The notes: a model not told the origin generated them from the sequence alone. Shown: positions 1 to 11,648, counted from the stretch's first letter. The stretch: 64,000 bases of DNA from an uncultured Chthonomonadaceae bacterium (GCA_963817895.1 CAWFQB010000004.1:512001-576000), one strand, 5' to 3'. Numbers and translations are program-made.

Positions 1-2326
1 CGATAAGCCACCAGAGGAGCAGGAACAGCAGGGACAGGGGGGTGGTATGAAAGGTTCGCAGGGGGTTCAGGGCCACGCTCTGGATGGCAATTCCAGCGCG
101 CACGATACGCCGCAGGCAAGCGGCGTCCGAGAACCGGGACAGGAAATCCCACGCGACGAAACGCTGCAAGACCCGAATTGCGTGATGCAGTTATTGCGCA
201 AGCACTTTGCCCGCTACACGCCCGAAACGGCTGCGCAAATTTGCGGCTGCTCACCCGAACAGATTATTCACACGGCCCAACTGCTGTGCGACAATTCAGG
301 ACGGGAACGCACAAGCGCGATCTGCTACGCGGTCGGCTGGACGCAACATTCCACGGGCGTACAGATAATTCGCGCGGCTGGTATTCTACAACTGCTGCTC
401 GGCAACATCGGGCGTCCCGGCGGCGGAATTCTCGCGTTGCGCGGTCACGCCAGTATTCAAGGTTCAACGGATGTTCCCACGTTGTATGACCTGCTGCCCG
501 GTTATCTGCCGCAGCCGGTTTCCGCGCCCACTCACGCTACGCTGGACGGCTATTGCGAGTATGAGAGTATGCCGACGGGTTACTGGGTGAACTTCCGCAA
601 GTTCACGGTCAGCCTGCTCAAAGCGTGGTATGGCGACGCGGCGCAGCCGGAAAACGAGTTCCGGTTCGGCTGGCTGCCCCGTCTGGACGACGATTATTCG
701 ATGGTTCCGTTTTTCGATAAAATGGCGAAGGGCGAAGTGGAGGGCTATCTCATTTTCGGGCAGAACCCCGCCGCCGGCACGTCCAACGGCAAGCGGGCGC
801 GGCAGGGTTTGCGCAATTTGAAGTGGCTCGTGGTTGCCGACTGGTTTGAAACGGAAACCGCCGCGTTCTGGCGCGACGATCCGAACGCCCCGCCGCCTTC
901 AGAAATCGGAACCGAAGTGTTTTTCATGCCCGCCGCAACTTCGCCGGAAAAAGAGGGTAGTTTTACGAATACGCAGCGCCTGCTTCAGTGGCACGACAAA
1001 GCCCTCGACCCGCCACAAGACTGCCGTTCCGATGCGTGGTTCATGTACAATCTGGGCAAAAAACTCAAGGAGTTGTATCGCGACAGCATTGATGCCAAAG
1101 ACGCGGCTTTGCTGAATCTGACGTGGGATTATGACCCGGACGAACCGCCGCGTCTGCCGGATGGTTCGTTGAGCCGCATTGAGGGCGAACCGGACGGACA
1201 CAAAATCCTTCAGGAGATGAACGGCTACCACGTTGGCGAAATAGACCCACGCAGCGGCAAGCCCAGACTGCTTTTAGATTTTTCTGAGTGCAAAGACGAC
1301 GGCAGCACGGCCTGCGGCGTGTGGATTTACAGCGGCGTGTTTCCCGAACCTGGACGCAACCGCGCCCGCGAACGGGAGGGACACGACAGCAACCCCATCC
1401 ATCCGAACTGGGGCTTTGCCTGGCCGCACAACCGCCATATTCTGTACAACCGGGCAAGCGCGGACCCCGAAGGCAACCCCTGGTCGGAGCGTAAAAAATA
1501 CCTGTGGTGGGACAAAAACGCGCAGAAATGGATGGGCAACGATGAGCCGGATTTCGAGCCGAACAAACCGCCCGATTACAAACCGACTGCCGACTGCAAG
1601 GGCATGGACGCGATTGGCGGCGCGGACCCGTTCATTATGAAGCCGGACGGCAAGGGATGGCTGTTTGCGCCCGGTGGAACCAAAGACGGTCCGTTCCCCG
1701 CGCATTACGAACCCATTGAATCGCCCGTCCGTAACCTGCTGTACCCGAAACACGTAGATAGCCCAACGGTACGCTATCTGGAATCGCCCGGCAATCCGAT
1801 TGCCCACGCGCCCACGCAGCAGTTCCCCATTGTGGCCTGCACGTTCCGCATGACCGAGCATTACCTGAGCGGGCCAATGAGCCGCTTCAACAGTTGGCTC
1901 AACGAACTGATGCCCGCCATGTTCGTGGAACTCAGCCCGGAACTGGCGGCAGAAAAAGGTATTGCGAACGGCGACTGGTTGACCGTTTTCAGCCCGCGCG
2001 GCGAAATCGAAGCCCGCGCCCTCGTCACGCGGCGTATCCATCCGCTGCATGTCGAGGGACAGACCATTCACCAGATCGGCATCCCGTTCCAGTGGGGCTA
2101 CGCGGGTGAAACAGTCGGCAGCAGCGTCAACGATCTAATCGCCATGTCTGCCGACGCCAATGTGTCCATGCACGAAACCAAAGTATTCGCGTGTCAAATC
2201 CATGCGGGACGCGCCCAAAACCAGCCCACCAAACCAACGGTAGAAGTCGCGCCCTGGGCCAACCGCGAAGCCATTCCCGACACGCCACAATCGGCACAAC
2301 CGGAAGGCCACATGCGGCGAGAATAA
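1..2326 (+). CDS. fdnG: Molybdopterin formate dehydrogenase alpha subunit (FdnG/FdhA-like), 5' end outside window
   Basis: Frame open from the window start; motifs YAVGWTQH, LRGHASIQGSTD, EKEGSFTNTQR, WPHNRHILYNRAS and C-terminal molydopterin dinucleotide-binding domain (TFRMTEHY...FVELSPELA). Confidence 0.93.
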   Translation, partial: DKPPEEQEQQGQGGGMKGSQGVQGHALDGNSSAHDTPQASGVREPGQEIPRDETLQDPNCVMQLLRKHFARYTPETAAQICGCSPEQIIHTAQLLCDNSGRERTSAICYAVGWTQHSTGVQIIRAAGILQLLLGNIGRPGGGILALRGHASIQGSTDVPTLYDLLPGYLPQPVSAPTHATLDGYCEYESMPTGYWVNFRKFTVSLLKAWYGDAAQPENEFRFGWLPRLDDDYSMVPFFDKMAKGEVEGYLIFGQNPAAGTSNGKRARQGLRNLKWLVVADWFETETAAFWRDDPNAPPPSEIGTEVFFMPAATSPEKEGSFTNTQRLLQWHDKALDPPQDCRSDAWFMYNLGKKLKELYRDSIDAKDAALLNLTWDYDPDEPPRLPDGSLSRIEGEPDGHKILQEMNGYHVGEIDPRSGKPRLLLDFSECKDDGSTACGVWIYSGVFPEPGRNRAREREGHDSNPIHPNWGFAWPHNRHILYNRASADPEGNPWSERKKYLWWDKNAQKWMGNDEPDFEPNKPPDYKPTADCKGMDAIGGADPFIMKPDGKGWLFAPGGTKDGPFPAHYEPIESPVRNLLYPKHVDSPTVRYLESPGNPIAHAPTQQFPIVACTFRMTEHYLSGPMSRFNSWLNELMPAMFVELSPELAAEKGIANGDWLTVFSPRGEIEARALVTRRIHPLHVEGQTIHQIGIPFQWGYAGETVGSSVNDLIAMSADANVSMHETKVFACQIHAGRAQNQPTKPTVEVAPWANREAIPDTPQSAQPEGHMRRE

Positions 2327-2331
2327 ACAGA

Positions 2332-2477
2332 GGAATATTTCACCACCAAGACACCAAGTACACCAAGAGGGAGAAGAGAAGAGGAGAAATAAACTGCTTT
2401 GCGACCTTTGCCTCTTTGCGGTTTTCTTTGTATTCTCTTATCTTGGTGTACTTGGTGTCTTGGTGGTGAAATATTCC
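2332..2477. repeat. 37-bp perfect inverted repeat built from 9-mer units (hairpin element)
   Basis: Arms 2332-2368 ggaatatttcaccaccaagacaccaagtacaccaaga and 2441-2477 are exact reverse complements. Confidence 0.95.
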
Positions 2478-2493
2478 CCAATGTTGATGAGGA

Positions 2494-3351
2494 GTGTTGA
2501 AAATGCTGGAGCCTGTACGGGATATATTGAAGTTGGTGCGGCCTGAAGAGATCGCGCTGATTGAGCGGGGAGGGGAGGGCAACAAGCCCGCAATGGGGTT
2601 TTTCACGGACACCACGCTTTGCATCGGGTGTAAGGCGTGTGAAGTGGCCTGCAAGCAGTGGAACCAACTGCCTTCGGACGGCTTCCACTTTACGGGCAAC
2701 AGCTACGACAACACCAGTCAACTCTCGGAAACGACATGGCGGCACGTCGCGTTTGTGGAGCAGATGGATCGGAAACGGGACGACGGCGGGCGATGGCTGA
2801 TGATGAGCGATGTGTGCAAGCACTGCGTGGAAGCGCCCTGTCAGGAATCGTGTCCCACCGGCAGCATCATTTACAACGAGTTCGGGAACGTGTACGTGCA
2901 GCCCGACATTTGCAACGGCTGCGGGTACTGCGTGATTGCGTGTCCGTTCGGCGTATTGGGGCGCAGCCACCACGACGGCCATGTTCACAAATGCACCCTT
3001 TGCTATGACCGGCAAAAAGGCGACATGACTCCCGCCTGCGCCAAAGCCTGCCCCACCGCCAGTATTCAGTTCGGCGAAGTGGAAACGCTGAAAGTTCACG
3101 CGCAGGCGCGGGTCGAGGAATTGAAAGCGCAGGGAGAAGCCGGAGCATACCTGTACGGCGCGGACGCCACCGAAGAATACAGTTCCCTCAACGCCTTCTT
3201 TCTATTGACGGACTCCCCCAACACCTACAACCTGCCCGAAGCCCCGAAAAAACCCACCACCGGCATGAAGCAGCGCTACGCCTGGAGCTTGCTTACCGGC
3301 ATCGCCCTGACCGCCGCTTCCGCCCTCATCTTCGCCCGCAACAAAAGTTAA
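2494..3351 (+). CDS. fdnH: Formate dehydrogenase beta (4x[4Fe-4S]) subunit with C-terminal TM helix
   Basis: CIGCKACEVAC, CKHCVEAPC...CP, CNGCGYCVIACP, KCTLCYDR...PACAKACP; hydrophobic C-terminus. Confidence 0.92.
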   Translation: MLKMLEPVRDILKLVRPEEIALIERGGEGNKPAMGFFTDTTLCIGCKACEVACKQWNQLPSDGFHFTGNSYDNTSQLSETTWRHVAFVEQMDRKRDDGGRWLMMSDVCKHCVEAPCQESCPTGSIIYNEFGNVYVQPDICNGCGYCVIACPFGVLGRSHHDGHVHKCTLCYDRQKGDMTPACAKACPTASIQFGEVETLKVHAQARVEELKAQGEAGAYLYGADATEEYSSLNAFFLLTDSPNTYNLPEAPKKPTTGMKQRYAWSLLTGIALTAASALIFARNKS

Positions 3352-3641
3352 GCCCTGTCCCTGAGTTGGCTTCTTCCTTCATGCTGATGCAGGGCAGCAC
3401 GGTGTACTCTCCAATCAGTCTACCAAGAACGCATCAACTTAGCGGCAGAGAAGGCAGATGAGCAGGCGATGCCCGGAAAACAAATGTCGCAGGGAAAGCA
3501 GGAATAACCCGGAAAATTGGTCAATAATGGTGTATACATCAACGTTGAGGAGTTGACGAATACGAACATCGGCGGATTTCTGTAGCGACCGCAATCTTTG
3601 CAGATATTCCGTGCAGTTATTCTGTCTGTTTCCGTACCCGA

Positions 3642-4214
3642 TTGGAGTTTCTAATGCTGAATATGCAAGAACCTGTCACTATCTATCCCGCCACCTCCAA
3701 AGCCCTTCACGGAGTGCGTAAGCGGCTGCTATGTATCGCCCTGCCTGTCAACTTGATGATGTTTATCCTGTTGAGCATGTCGCCGGTTCCTCTTGACGGG
3801 TTTACCAATCTGCTGCGCTGGATGCTGCTGGCGGAACTCCCTCTCCTCTACTTTTTGATGGCTCGAAAACTCGCGAAACAAACCAGCCCAATCGTATCTT
3901 TGTCCTCGCAGGGCATTACGGTCAACGCGCTTTGGAGTCGGGTCGGTTTCCTGCGGTGGGACGAAATCAAGGATGTACACGCCTACAGCCTGGGCTACCG
4001 TTTTGTCGGCATCACGCTCAACGATCCTAAAACCGTGTATCGGCGTCTCGGCCTGAAGCGTAGTTGGATACTGCGAATGAACGGGGCTGTCGTACCCCTG
4101 TACAAACTGTTCAGGATGCGCGTCGCGCCCATCAACATTCCGCATGAGTTCCTGCCGATGAGCGCCGATGAGCTGACAGCGCAGATACAAGCGTACCGCG
4201 CCACCTATGCGTAG
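3642..4214 (+). CDS. Hypothetical membrane protein (two N-terminal TM helices, PH-like soluble domain)
   Basis: 190-aa ORF with two hydrophobic segments, then GITV...GFLRWDEIKDV. Confidence 0.55.
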   Translation: MEFLMLNMQEPVTIYPATSKALHGVRKRLLCIALPVNLMMFILLSMSPVPLDGFTNLLRWMLLAELPLLYFLMARKLAKQTSPIVSLSSQGITVNALWSRVGFLRWDEIKDVHAYSLGYRFVGITLNDPKTVYRRLGLKRSWILRMNGAVVPLYKLFRMRVAPINIPHEFLPMSADELTAQIQAYRATYA

Positions 4215-4247
4215 GCCGCATAAACAACAACAGTGCATTAAGTAAAT

Positions 4248-5538
4248 ATGAAGCAAGAGAACATGAAGCAAGTCAACTGGGCGGGAAATCTGGAATACCG
4301 GGCGGCAAGGTGGCATTGCCCGGAAACGGTTGCGGAAGCGCAGGAGTTGGTGGCGAAAAGCCGCAAGGTGAAAGTCCTCGGTTCGCGCCACTCCTTCAAC
4401 GCCATTGCCGACACAACCGAAGATATGCTCGACCTGTCGCGTTTCGATCAGGTTGTAGGTCTGGACAGGGAACGGCATCAGGTAACGGTCGAAGCCGGTA
4501 TTCGGTACGGGACGCTGTGTAAGTTTCTGCACGGTGAAGGCTACGCGCTGCACAATCTGGCTTCCCTGCCGCATATTTCGGTTGCGGGCGCTTGCGCGAC
4601 GGCTACGCACGGTTCGGGAAACGGAAACGGCAATCTGGCGACGATTGTTTCCGGGCTGGAACTGATTACCGCAACCGGGCAAGTCAAGACATTCTCGCGT
4701 GAACAGGATGAGGAACAGTTTCCGGGCATGGTTGTTGGATTGGGCGCGTTGGGGATGGTTACAAAACTCACGCTGGATGTGCTTCCCGCCTTTGTCATGC
4801 GACAGGACGTGTACGAAAATTTGCCCCTGAGCCAACTGGAAGCGCATTTCGACGAAATTACGAACAGCGCGTACAGCGTGAGCCTGTTCACGGAATGGAA
4901 AACCGCCAGTTTCAATCAGGTGTGGCGCAAAAGCCGCGTGGACGCCGACGCGAATGTGGAAACGTTTGCTGAAATGACTGCCGAATGGTTCGGGGCCACT
5001 CTCGCTCAACGTCCGCTGCATCCTATTCCCGGCGTGTCGGCGGAAAACTGTACCGAACAAAGGGGCGTTGTCGGCGCGTGGCACGAGCGCCTTCCCCACT
5101 TCCGCATGGAATTCACGCCAAGCTGCGGCGAGGAACTGCAAACCGAATACCTTGTACCTCGCCAACACGCGCTGGATGCTTTACGCGCCATTTATGAACT
5201 GCGGGAACAGATCGCGCCCCTGCTCTTAATCTCTGAAATCCGAACGGTTGCGGCGGATGATTTGTGGATGAGTCCCTGTTACCATCAGCCGTGCGTCGCC
5301 ATTCATTTCACATGGAGACTGGATTGGCCCGCCGTCCGCGAATTGCTGCCGCGTATCGAAGCCGCGCTTGCGCCCTTTCAGGCCCGCCCTCACTGGGGCA
5401 AATTGTTCACTATGCGCGGGGAATCCCTGAAATCGCTATATCCACGCCTGCCGGATTTTCAGCGTCTTTGCCGCGCCTTCTGATCCACAGGGCAAATTCC
5501 GCAACGCGTTTCTGGATGTGAATTTGTTTGCCGTTTAA
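4248..5538 (+). CDS. FAD-linked alditol/xylitol oxidase (ALO/VAO family), frameshift near 5481
   Basis: NWAGN, GSRHSFN, NLASLPHISVAGACATATHGSG, RPHWGK; expected tail DPQGKFRNAFLD continues in another frame to TAA 5538. Confidence 0.9.
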
Positions 5539-5590
5539 CAGCTTCAGGTATTCGTATTTTGCCTGCTTCCATACCGCTTCAGGAGTTTCA

Positions 5591-6731
5591 ATGGTGACAC
5601 TGCGACGAGTATCTGAACACATAACGCGCCGTTGTCAAGGCGCAATCGCTGTCTGCGCGGGCATTGCCGCCCTGCTTGCATTGCCCGCTCTGGGTTTGCG
5701 TCCCGGCCAGGCTCCCCGGACGGGCAAACCTGCTGCTTCTCTGGCCAGTTCCGCCTGGGTTCCCATTTCCGGCTACCTGCTCAAAAAACTCGCGGACGAG
5801 GGGAAAAAAGTCAGTTCTCCCAATGGCACTGCGGGAGTGAGCGTGGATCGTAAGACGGGCGATGTCATTGTTGTTGTGCCGAATCAGGGACTTTGGAGAA
5901 GCAAGAACAAAGGGAGGACCTTTGAGCGCATGGATGGGGGCAGTATCGGGGGCTTCTGTCAAACCGGATATGCGCTGAATGCCGACCCTGCGGGAAGTCG
6001 GCTGGCCTGTTTCATGCTGGATGGGCCGAGCGGAATCACTCTGGATGATGGCAAGACCTGGGATGTGTTTGCGATAAGTGGGCGTGACGCGCGTGGATGG
6101 GATTACGGCGTTGTGGATTGGAGTCGAAGCGCTCCGCAGGAGATGCTTGCCGTCCGCCATGAGTTCGGGCGGCGAACTCAACCGCAGCGCGGATGGCGGT
6201 AAAACTTGGAATGTGTTGGGAAAAGGTTTTACCGCTATCGGCATTATTGGCCCCCGTACCTATGTCGCAAGCAAGGGGGATGGGACATTGCGCAGCGTGG
6301 ATGGCGGCGCGACGTGGACGAAGGTTTCCAAAATAACCCCGACTGGCCGAACCCTGTGCATGTTCAATCAGGTCGCCTATTGGATTGCCCCGGAAGGCTT
6401 GCTCTTCAGCCTGGATCGGGGCTATAGCTGGCACTATTCAGGCAGTCCGATGGAAGCCGTATGGGGACCCTTTTTTGGTGTGGACGAGACGCAGATAGCG
6501 GTTGTAGGGCGTAAGGGGAAAGACCTGGGTATCTGGCGAACGGACAACTCGACAAAAACCTGGAAATTCGCCGCGTCCTTTCCGGGTTACGCATTGAACG
6601 CGAGTCCCAATTTAACTCCTTATGTAGACGGAGGAGCCGGATGGGGATATTGCTTCGGCTGGGATTGGAAGAGCCATGTCTTTTATACCTCGAACCTGAA
6701 TTTCCCAACACTTGCTGTTATATCAAAATGA
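5591..6731 (+). CDS. Secreted BNR/Asp-box beta-propeller protein, frameshift near 6170
   Basis: AGGAG at 5581 before ATG 5591; signal-like hydrophobic stretch; Asp-boxes SKNKGRTF, TLDDGKTW, SADGGKTW, SVDGGATW, SLDRGYSW across two frames. Confidence 0.75.
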
Positions 6732-6765
6732 CCGATGCCCGCAACTTTTGAGATTGGAAGCCTGA

Positions 6766-8989
6766 ATGAGACGCCGTGATTTTCTCGTTCGCTTATCCTG
6801 CGCAGCCGGGGCTATGGAAGCCGCGCGGCGCGGATCGTTCGCGTTCGCCGCAAAGCGGACGCGGATCGGGGAGGGGGACGCTTACGCCCACTACGTCCGC
6901 TCGTCGCGCGATTTTCAGCGCGTGAAGCAGGATCGCGGCTGGCTGGACAAAGCCTATCCCGGCTGGATTTATATGCCCTGGACGTATCAATGGACGCTCG
7001 GTTATACGGAAGCGTCCGGCAAGTGGAGTCAGGCGCATGGGTATAATGGCGCGTTTCTGGACGGAAATGGCGGCGACCCCGATTCACCCAGAGGCAAACT
7101 GGATTGGATCAACCGTTTTGGCCTGCGCTTCTACATGGACCATACCGCCCGTAAAGGCTACCTGCACCTGTGGGACGGCGACAAAAAGCAGGCGCATTTA
7201 GCCGAACTGCACGGAACCGGGGTTCGCCCCGTTCCGCTCAACGACACCCTGCAAACCAAATTGCGCGGGTTCATTCAGGAAAACGTAACCAGAGTAAAAT
7301 CGTCGCCCTTCCGGGCCGCCTATGCGCTGGATGATGAAGCGTCGTGGGGGCATTTTGTGCATCCGACCATGTGGCGCGTTACGGACGACGAGGCCGCGTA
7401 TCCCAACTGGTTACGGGAAGTATACGGCGCAGGCAACGCGCCCACGCGAAGCAAATGGGTGGGGTATGAGGACATTCGCCCCAATCTCGAAACGTGGTCC
7501 ATCCGTGATTTCGACGCAAGCCCGCTCATGGATCAGTGGAGTTTCAACGACTCGCATTGGTGCAATTTCGTGGGCGATCTGGTGACGTATGCGAATACGG
7601 TTGACCCGGATACGCCCTGCGGACTTGTCGGCGGGCAGGCTCCCAATGCGTTCGGCGGTTACGATTACGCCAAATTAATGCGCAAGATTCAGTACATCGA
7701 GGCGTACAACCTCGGCTCCTCGCAGGCCATCATCCGCTCATTCAATCCTCACAACGCCGTTCCCGCCGTGACAAGCCACTTTCACCAGAAGGCGGAAGAC
7801 GACATCTGGCAGACGTGGTACTATCTCGCGCATGGCAACCGGGGACATATCGGCTGGGTGGAAAACTGGTTCGAGGGGCAAACCCCCAAAGGATGGCAAG
7901 AGCAGGTAGCCCCGCACTATCTGGAAGCGGGCAAAAAGATCGGCCCACTGCTGCGCGACGCGGAATGGAAGCATGACGGGGTTGCCCTGTACTACAGCCA
8001 CGCTTCCATTCAATTAGGCTGGATACTGGACGCGCAGGCGCACGGCAAAACATGGGTCAACCGGGACGGCGACCACCGATTGGGCGCGTCGCATCACGTC
8101 CGGCAGGCATGGGAAAACATGCTGCGCGATTCCGGCCTGCAATACAGTTTCCTCAGTTACGCGGACGCGATTCAGAACAACATTCCCGCCGACATAAAGG
8201 TACTGATTCTGCCCGCGTGTTTGTGCCTGTCGGACGTGGAGGCGCAAATCATCGAAGCGTTTTGCAGACGGGGAGGAACGGTCATTGCCGACTATCTGCC
8301 CGGCGTGTGGGATCAGCATGGCAAGGGACGGGCGGGCGGCGGCGCGTTGGACAAGCTGTTCGGCGTTCGGCACGACCCGGCTATGACCGCGAAAGATGTG
8401 TTCAATGGCGGCAAATTGTGGTGCGAAGTGGATCAGGACGCCAATTTCGGCTGGAAGACCTACAAGGAGTTCCTGACCAATGCCAATACCTGCCTGAAAG
8501 ACGCAAGCGGATTTCAACAAAGCCGTCCGCAACATGAAAACGGAAACCGTCAGCCATGTCGGAAATGGAACCGCCGTGCTGCTGAACCTGTCGCCGCAAT
8601 GGTTCAACGCTTACCGCGTGGAGGGTTACGAGGCCGCGAAAAAACGCGAAGTGTTTATGAAGCACGTCCATGCAGGGGGTGCAGAGCGGTGGGTAGAGAT
8701 TGAAAACGCGGGCGAGGCCGAGTTCGGCTACGAGATCACCTATTTCCACAGACCGGACGGCAGAACCGTCCTTTTCGTCTGCTCCAACCCGGAAACGGTC
8801 GGAACCGAATTGGGCGGCGGCAACGCTGTAGGATTGAAAACCGGTGTTCGGAAAGTTGTGTTGAAGTTCCATAAGCCTGTCCGCAACGTCCGTGACGAAC
8901 GAAAAGGAACCGATTTTGGTAACGGAGAGCGGTTCTCGTTTACATGGGCGCAGAATGAAGCGGTTGTGTTGTCTTTCAATCAAATGTAA
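6766..8989 (+). CDS. Tat-exported GH42-like protein with beta-galactosidase trimerisation-type domain, frameshift near 8515
   Basis: MRRRDFL twin-arginine signal; VALYYSHAS, KVLILPACLCLSD...GGTVIADYLPG; continues in ORF 8534-8989. Confidence 0.7.
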
Positions 8990-8994
8990 CGTTC

Positions 8995-9102
8995 GTAGGG
9001 ACACAACATGTTGTGTCCGCATGGGCAATGTTGTGTCCCTATCCTTCACTACTGGAGGAACATAACGCTGCCAGCAGAGGACACAACATGTTGTGTCCCT
9101 AC
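8995..9102. repeat. GTAG-family REP doublet (REPIN-like)
   Basis: GTAG+ggacacaacatgttgtgtcc ... ggacacaacatgttgtgtcc+CTAC between convergent genes. Confidence 0.88.
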
Positions 9103-9147
9103 GGATGTTTGTTTGCGCAGTATTGGTTTCAACCCGGCGTATAATGT

Positions 9148-10512
9148 TCAAACCGTAACCAAAACGTCTTTGAATTCAATTTCGCCGCCTTCGCAGAACC
9201 AGAACAGGCGAGCGCCGCTTTTTTCGGGCAGGCGATTGATGAGGCAGCGGCTGTCAGCGACGCAAACATCTATAATATCGCCCCGGCAAATTACAACAAG
9301 GTCGAACGGTTCGGTGATTTCACTCACGCCCACAATGGATTGGTCGGCAAGGGTGACAGTTTGGGTTCCCGGTTCAAAGGCAAGCGCGTAAAAGGATTCA
9401 TAATCGCCACTACCGCGCAATCCCAACCCGAAACGGGCATTGTCGCCGCGTGGATGGATGCGGCAGCGCAGTTGAAAATCGCGGGGTAGATCGTCGAAAG
9501 CGGCTACGGACTGTCCGTTCAGGGCTTCCAGATAGATGTTTTCAGCATCGCCTTCCACGTTCGGGGTGAGCGGCTGCAAAGTGGGTTCGAGGCGCGTCGC
9601 GCCGGGGCGGGAGAGTTCGGGTACAAACCGGGTGGAAAGCATATCGTCGTCGCGCTGAACCAACTCGCGCAGCACAAGATTGCCGCCCCACACTATGCCC
9701 TCGTTATCCTTATCGGCTTTGCGCGAACCAATCCACGCCGCGCCGATGCGCCGATTGTCGCCGAACGGGGCTGTTTTCATTACGGCAATCAGGCGGCTGT
9801 CTAAAAGCGGGTTGGGGGGCGTATGCCACAATCCCAGCGGATAATCGCTGACGCGATAGTGCGTTTCCAGTCCATTCCCGAACACAAGATAATGCCGGTC
9901 GTTCCACTCAAAAACATCGGGACATTCGGGGATGCCCGCGTAATCCTTTGCGTTGCCCGGTATCAGAAGGGGTTCTTCTACATTCCAGTCGGTTAAGTTC
10001 GGGGAACTCAGGCGCAGCAGGCAGCCGCCGCGTTTGGGTAGGGGATAATCGGCCTGCCGCGCCGTAATGACCATCTGGAAAATGCCGTTTTCGTCCTGAA
10101 ACACAAACGGATCGCGGAAGTGCAGCGGATCGTAACCCGGCGGAACCGGCAGTACGGGAACCGGGCGCGTTTTTACAAAGGTGATGCCGTCGTCGCTTTG
10201 CGCGTGGCTGAGATGCTGCGTCCAATCCGGCTTGCGCGTAGCGTAAAAGGCGTGGAAAACGCCCTCGTGCCAGAATACCGATCCGGTACAAATGGACGCT
10301 TCCCAATCCTCCTCAACGGGCAGGGCGAGCGGATGGTGTTCCCACTGTATAAGGTCGGTTGAGGAAGCATGCGCCCACTGATGCCCGCCCAATCCATTCA
10401 GCCCCTGATGGTGGTTCTCGTCCCGCAGATAAAACAGGTGAAACACGCCGTCGTGAAAAAACGGCATACAGTCGCCCACAAAATAGTCGCCTTCCGGCTT
10501 GAAGTATTGCAT
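9148..10512 (-). CDS. Glycoside hydrolase family 32-like (five-bladed beta-propeller)
   Basis: VGDCMPF nucleophile region, WAHASSTDL, CTGSV, FRDP, ECPD motifs. Confidence 0.85.
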   Translation of the reverse strand: MQYFKPEGDYFVGDCMPFFHDGVFHLFYLRDENHHQGLNGLGGHQWAHASSTDLIQWEHHPLALPVEEDWEASICTGSVFWHEGVFHAFYATRKPDWTQHLSHAQSDDGITFVKTRPVPVLPVPPGYDPLHFRDPFVFQDENGIFQMVITARQADYPLPKRGGCLLRLSSPNLTDWNVEEPLLIPGNAKDYAGIPECPDVFEWNDRHYLVFGNGLETHYRVSDYPLGLWHTPPNPLLDSRLIAVMKTAPFGDNRRIGAAWIGSRKADKDNEGIVWGGNLVLRELVQRDDDMLSTRFVPELSRPGATRLEPTLQPLTPNVEGDAENIYLEALNGQSVAAFDDLPRDFQLRCRIHPRGDNARFGLGLRGSGDYESFYALAFEPGTQTVTLADQSIVGVSEITEPFDLVVICRGDIIDVCVADSRCLINRLPEKSGARLFWFCEGGEIEFKDVLVTV

Positions 10513-10610
10513 TTCGATTTTTGGCCTGTCGGTTGAGATAGAAAAAGTGTACCAGAAACACGCGCATGGTCGCGCAATGTTCACAATCCCCAATGATGAG
10601 AGGAACGATT

Positions 10611-11597
10611 ATGATTGATCTGGAAGAACTGCCAATGCGGGTCGCGGTCGGGCAGATGAACGAACTGACGGACGAGCAACTCGCGTTCGCGCAACAGTGC
10701 GGCGTTGAAGATATTCAACTGAATACGCCCACGCTTCCGGGTGAAGAGCGGTGGGAACGGGAAGACCTTTGCGCCTTGCAGGAACGGGCGCAGGCGCATA
10801 ACCTGCGCCTGATCGCGCTGGAAAACGTTCCTGTCCGCTTTTACGACAAAATCATGCTCGGTTTGGAGGGACGCGAACGGCAGTTGGAGAATATGAGCGC
10901 GACGATCCGCAATATGGGGCAGGCGGGAATTCCCATTCTTGGCTACCACTGGATGCCCAACGGCGTATGGCGCACGGATTTCGCCACGCCGGTACGCGGC
11001 GGGGCCATTTCCAACTCGTTCAAATACGCGCTGGCGAAAGACCTGCTCCTGACGCACGGCGAAGAGTTTTCCGAAGCCGTGATGTGGGCCAACTACGACT
11101 GGTATCTGGAACGCATTTTGCCCGTGTGCGAGGAGGCCGGGGTACGGTTTGCCCTGCATCCCGACGATCCACCCGTACCCACGCTTGGCGGCGTCGCCCG
11201 ATTGTTTCACAGTTTCGACAACTTCAGGCGGGCGATAGAAACGCATCCCAGCCCCATGCACGGACTGGATTTTTGTCACGGCTGCTGGTCGGAAATGCGC
11301 GGCGGCGCGGGCATTCTGGAAGCTATCGAATGGTTCGGCAGCCGCAACCGCATTTTGTACGTTCATTTGCGCGACGTGCAGGGCTGCGCCGAAGACTTTA
11401 CGGAGTGTTTCATAGACGAGGGGAACAGCGACATTGTTGCGGTTGTGCAGAAATTGAAGGACGTGGGCTTTCGTGGCTTCATTCTCGATGACCACGTTCC
11501 GCATCTGGTGAACGATTCGACATGGGGGCATCGCGGGCGGGCGTTCGCCACCGGCTATCTGCTCGGCATCCTCCACTCCGTTGTGGGGCGTAAATAA
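10611..11597 (+). CDS. uxuA: Mannonate dehydratase family protein
   Basis: FALHPDDPP, GLDFCHGCWSEM, YVHLRDV, DDHVP, GRAFATGY. Confidence 0.85.
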   Translation: MIDLEELPMRVAVGQMNELTDEQLAFAQQCGVEDIQLNTPTLPGEERWEREDLCALQERAQAHNLRLIALENVPVRFYDKIMLGLEGRERQLENMSATIRNMGQAGIPILGYHWMPNGVWRTDFATPVRGGAISNSFKYALAKDLLLTHGEEFSEAVMWANYDWYLERILPVCEEAGVRFALHPDDPPVPTLGGVARLFHSFDNFRRAIETHPSPMHGLDFCHGCWSEMRGGAGILEAIEWFGSRNRILYVHLRDVQGCAEDFTECFIDEGNSDIVAVVQKLKDVGFRGFILDDHVPHLVNDSTWGHRGRAFATGYLLGILHSVVGRK

Positions 11598-11624
11598 GGG
11601 TCTGTAAATCTATAACGTTCCGGC

Positions 11625-11648
11625 GGACACAACATGTTGTGTCCCTAC
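11625..11648. repeat. Single GTAG-family REP
   Basis: ggacacaacatgttgtgtccctac, identical to the 8995-9102 arm. Confidence 0.85.

Noticed and set aside
1..2326. Selenocysteine/SECIS in the formate dehydrogenase
   Set aside because: The Cys/Sec ligand region lies upstream of the window and cannot be assessed.
2191..2699. Mirror-image ORFs 2191-2469 (+) and 2340-2699 (-) sharing HHQDTKYTK and LVYLVSWW
   Set aside because: Artefact of translating the 37-bp inverted repeat on both strands.
3729..5168. Long antisense ORFs (also 31209-32846, 35337-36485, 37244-38509, 22892-24055)
   Set aside because: Shadow frames opposite well-supported genes in GC-rich DNA; no recognisable motifs.
8995..9102. 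Possible mini-CRISPR array (repeated palindromic 20-24-mer)
   Set aside because: Copies are inverted doublets with GTAG ends, dispersed over three loci, with no regular spacers and no cas genes; fits REP elements.
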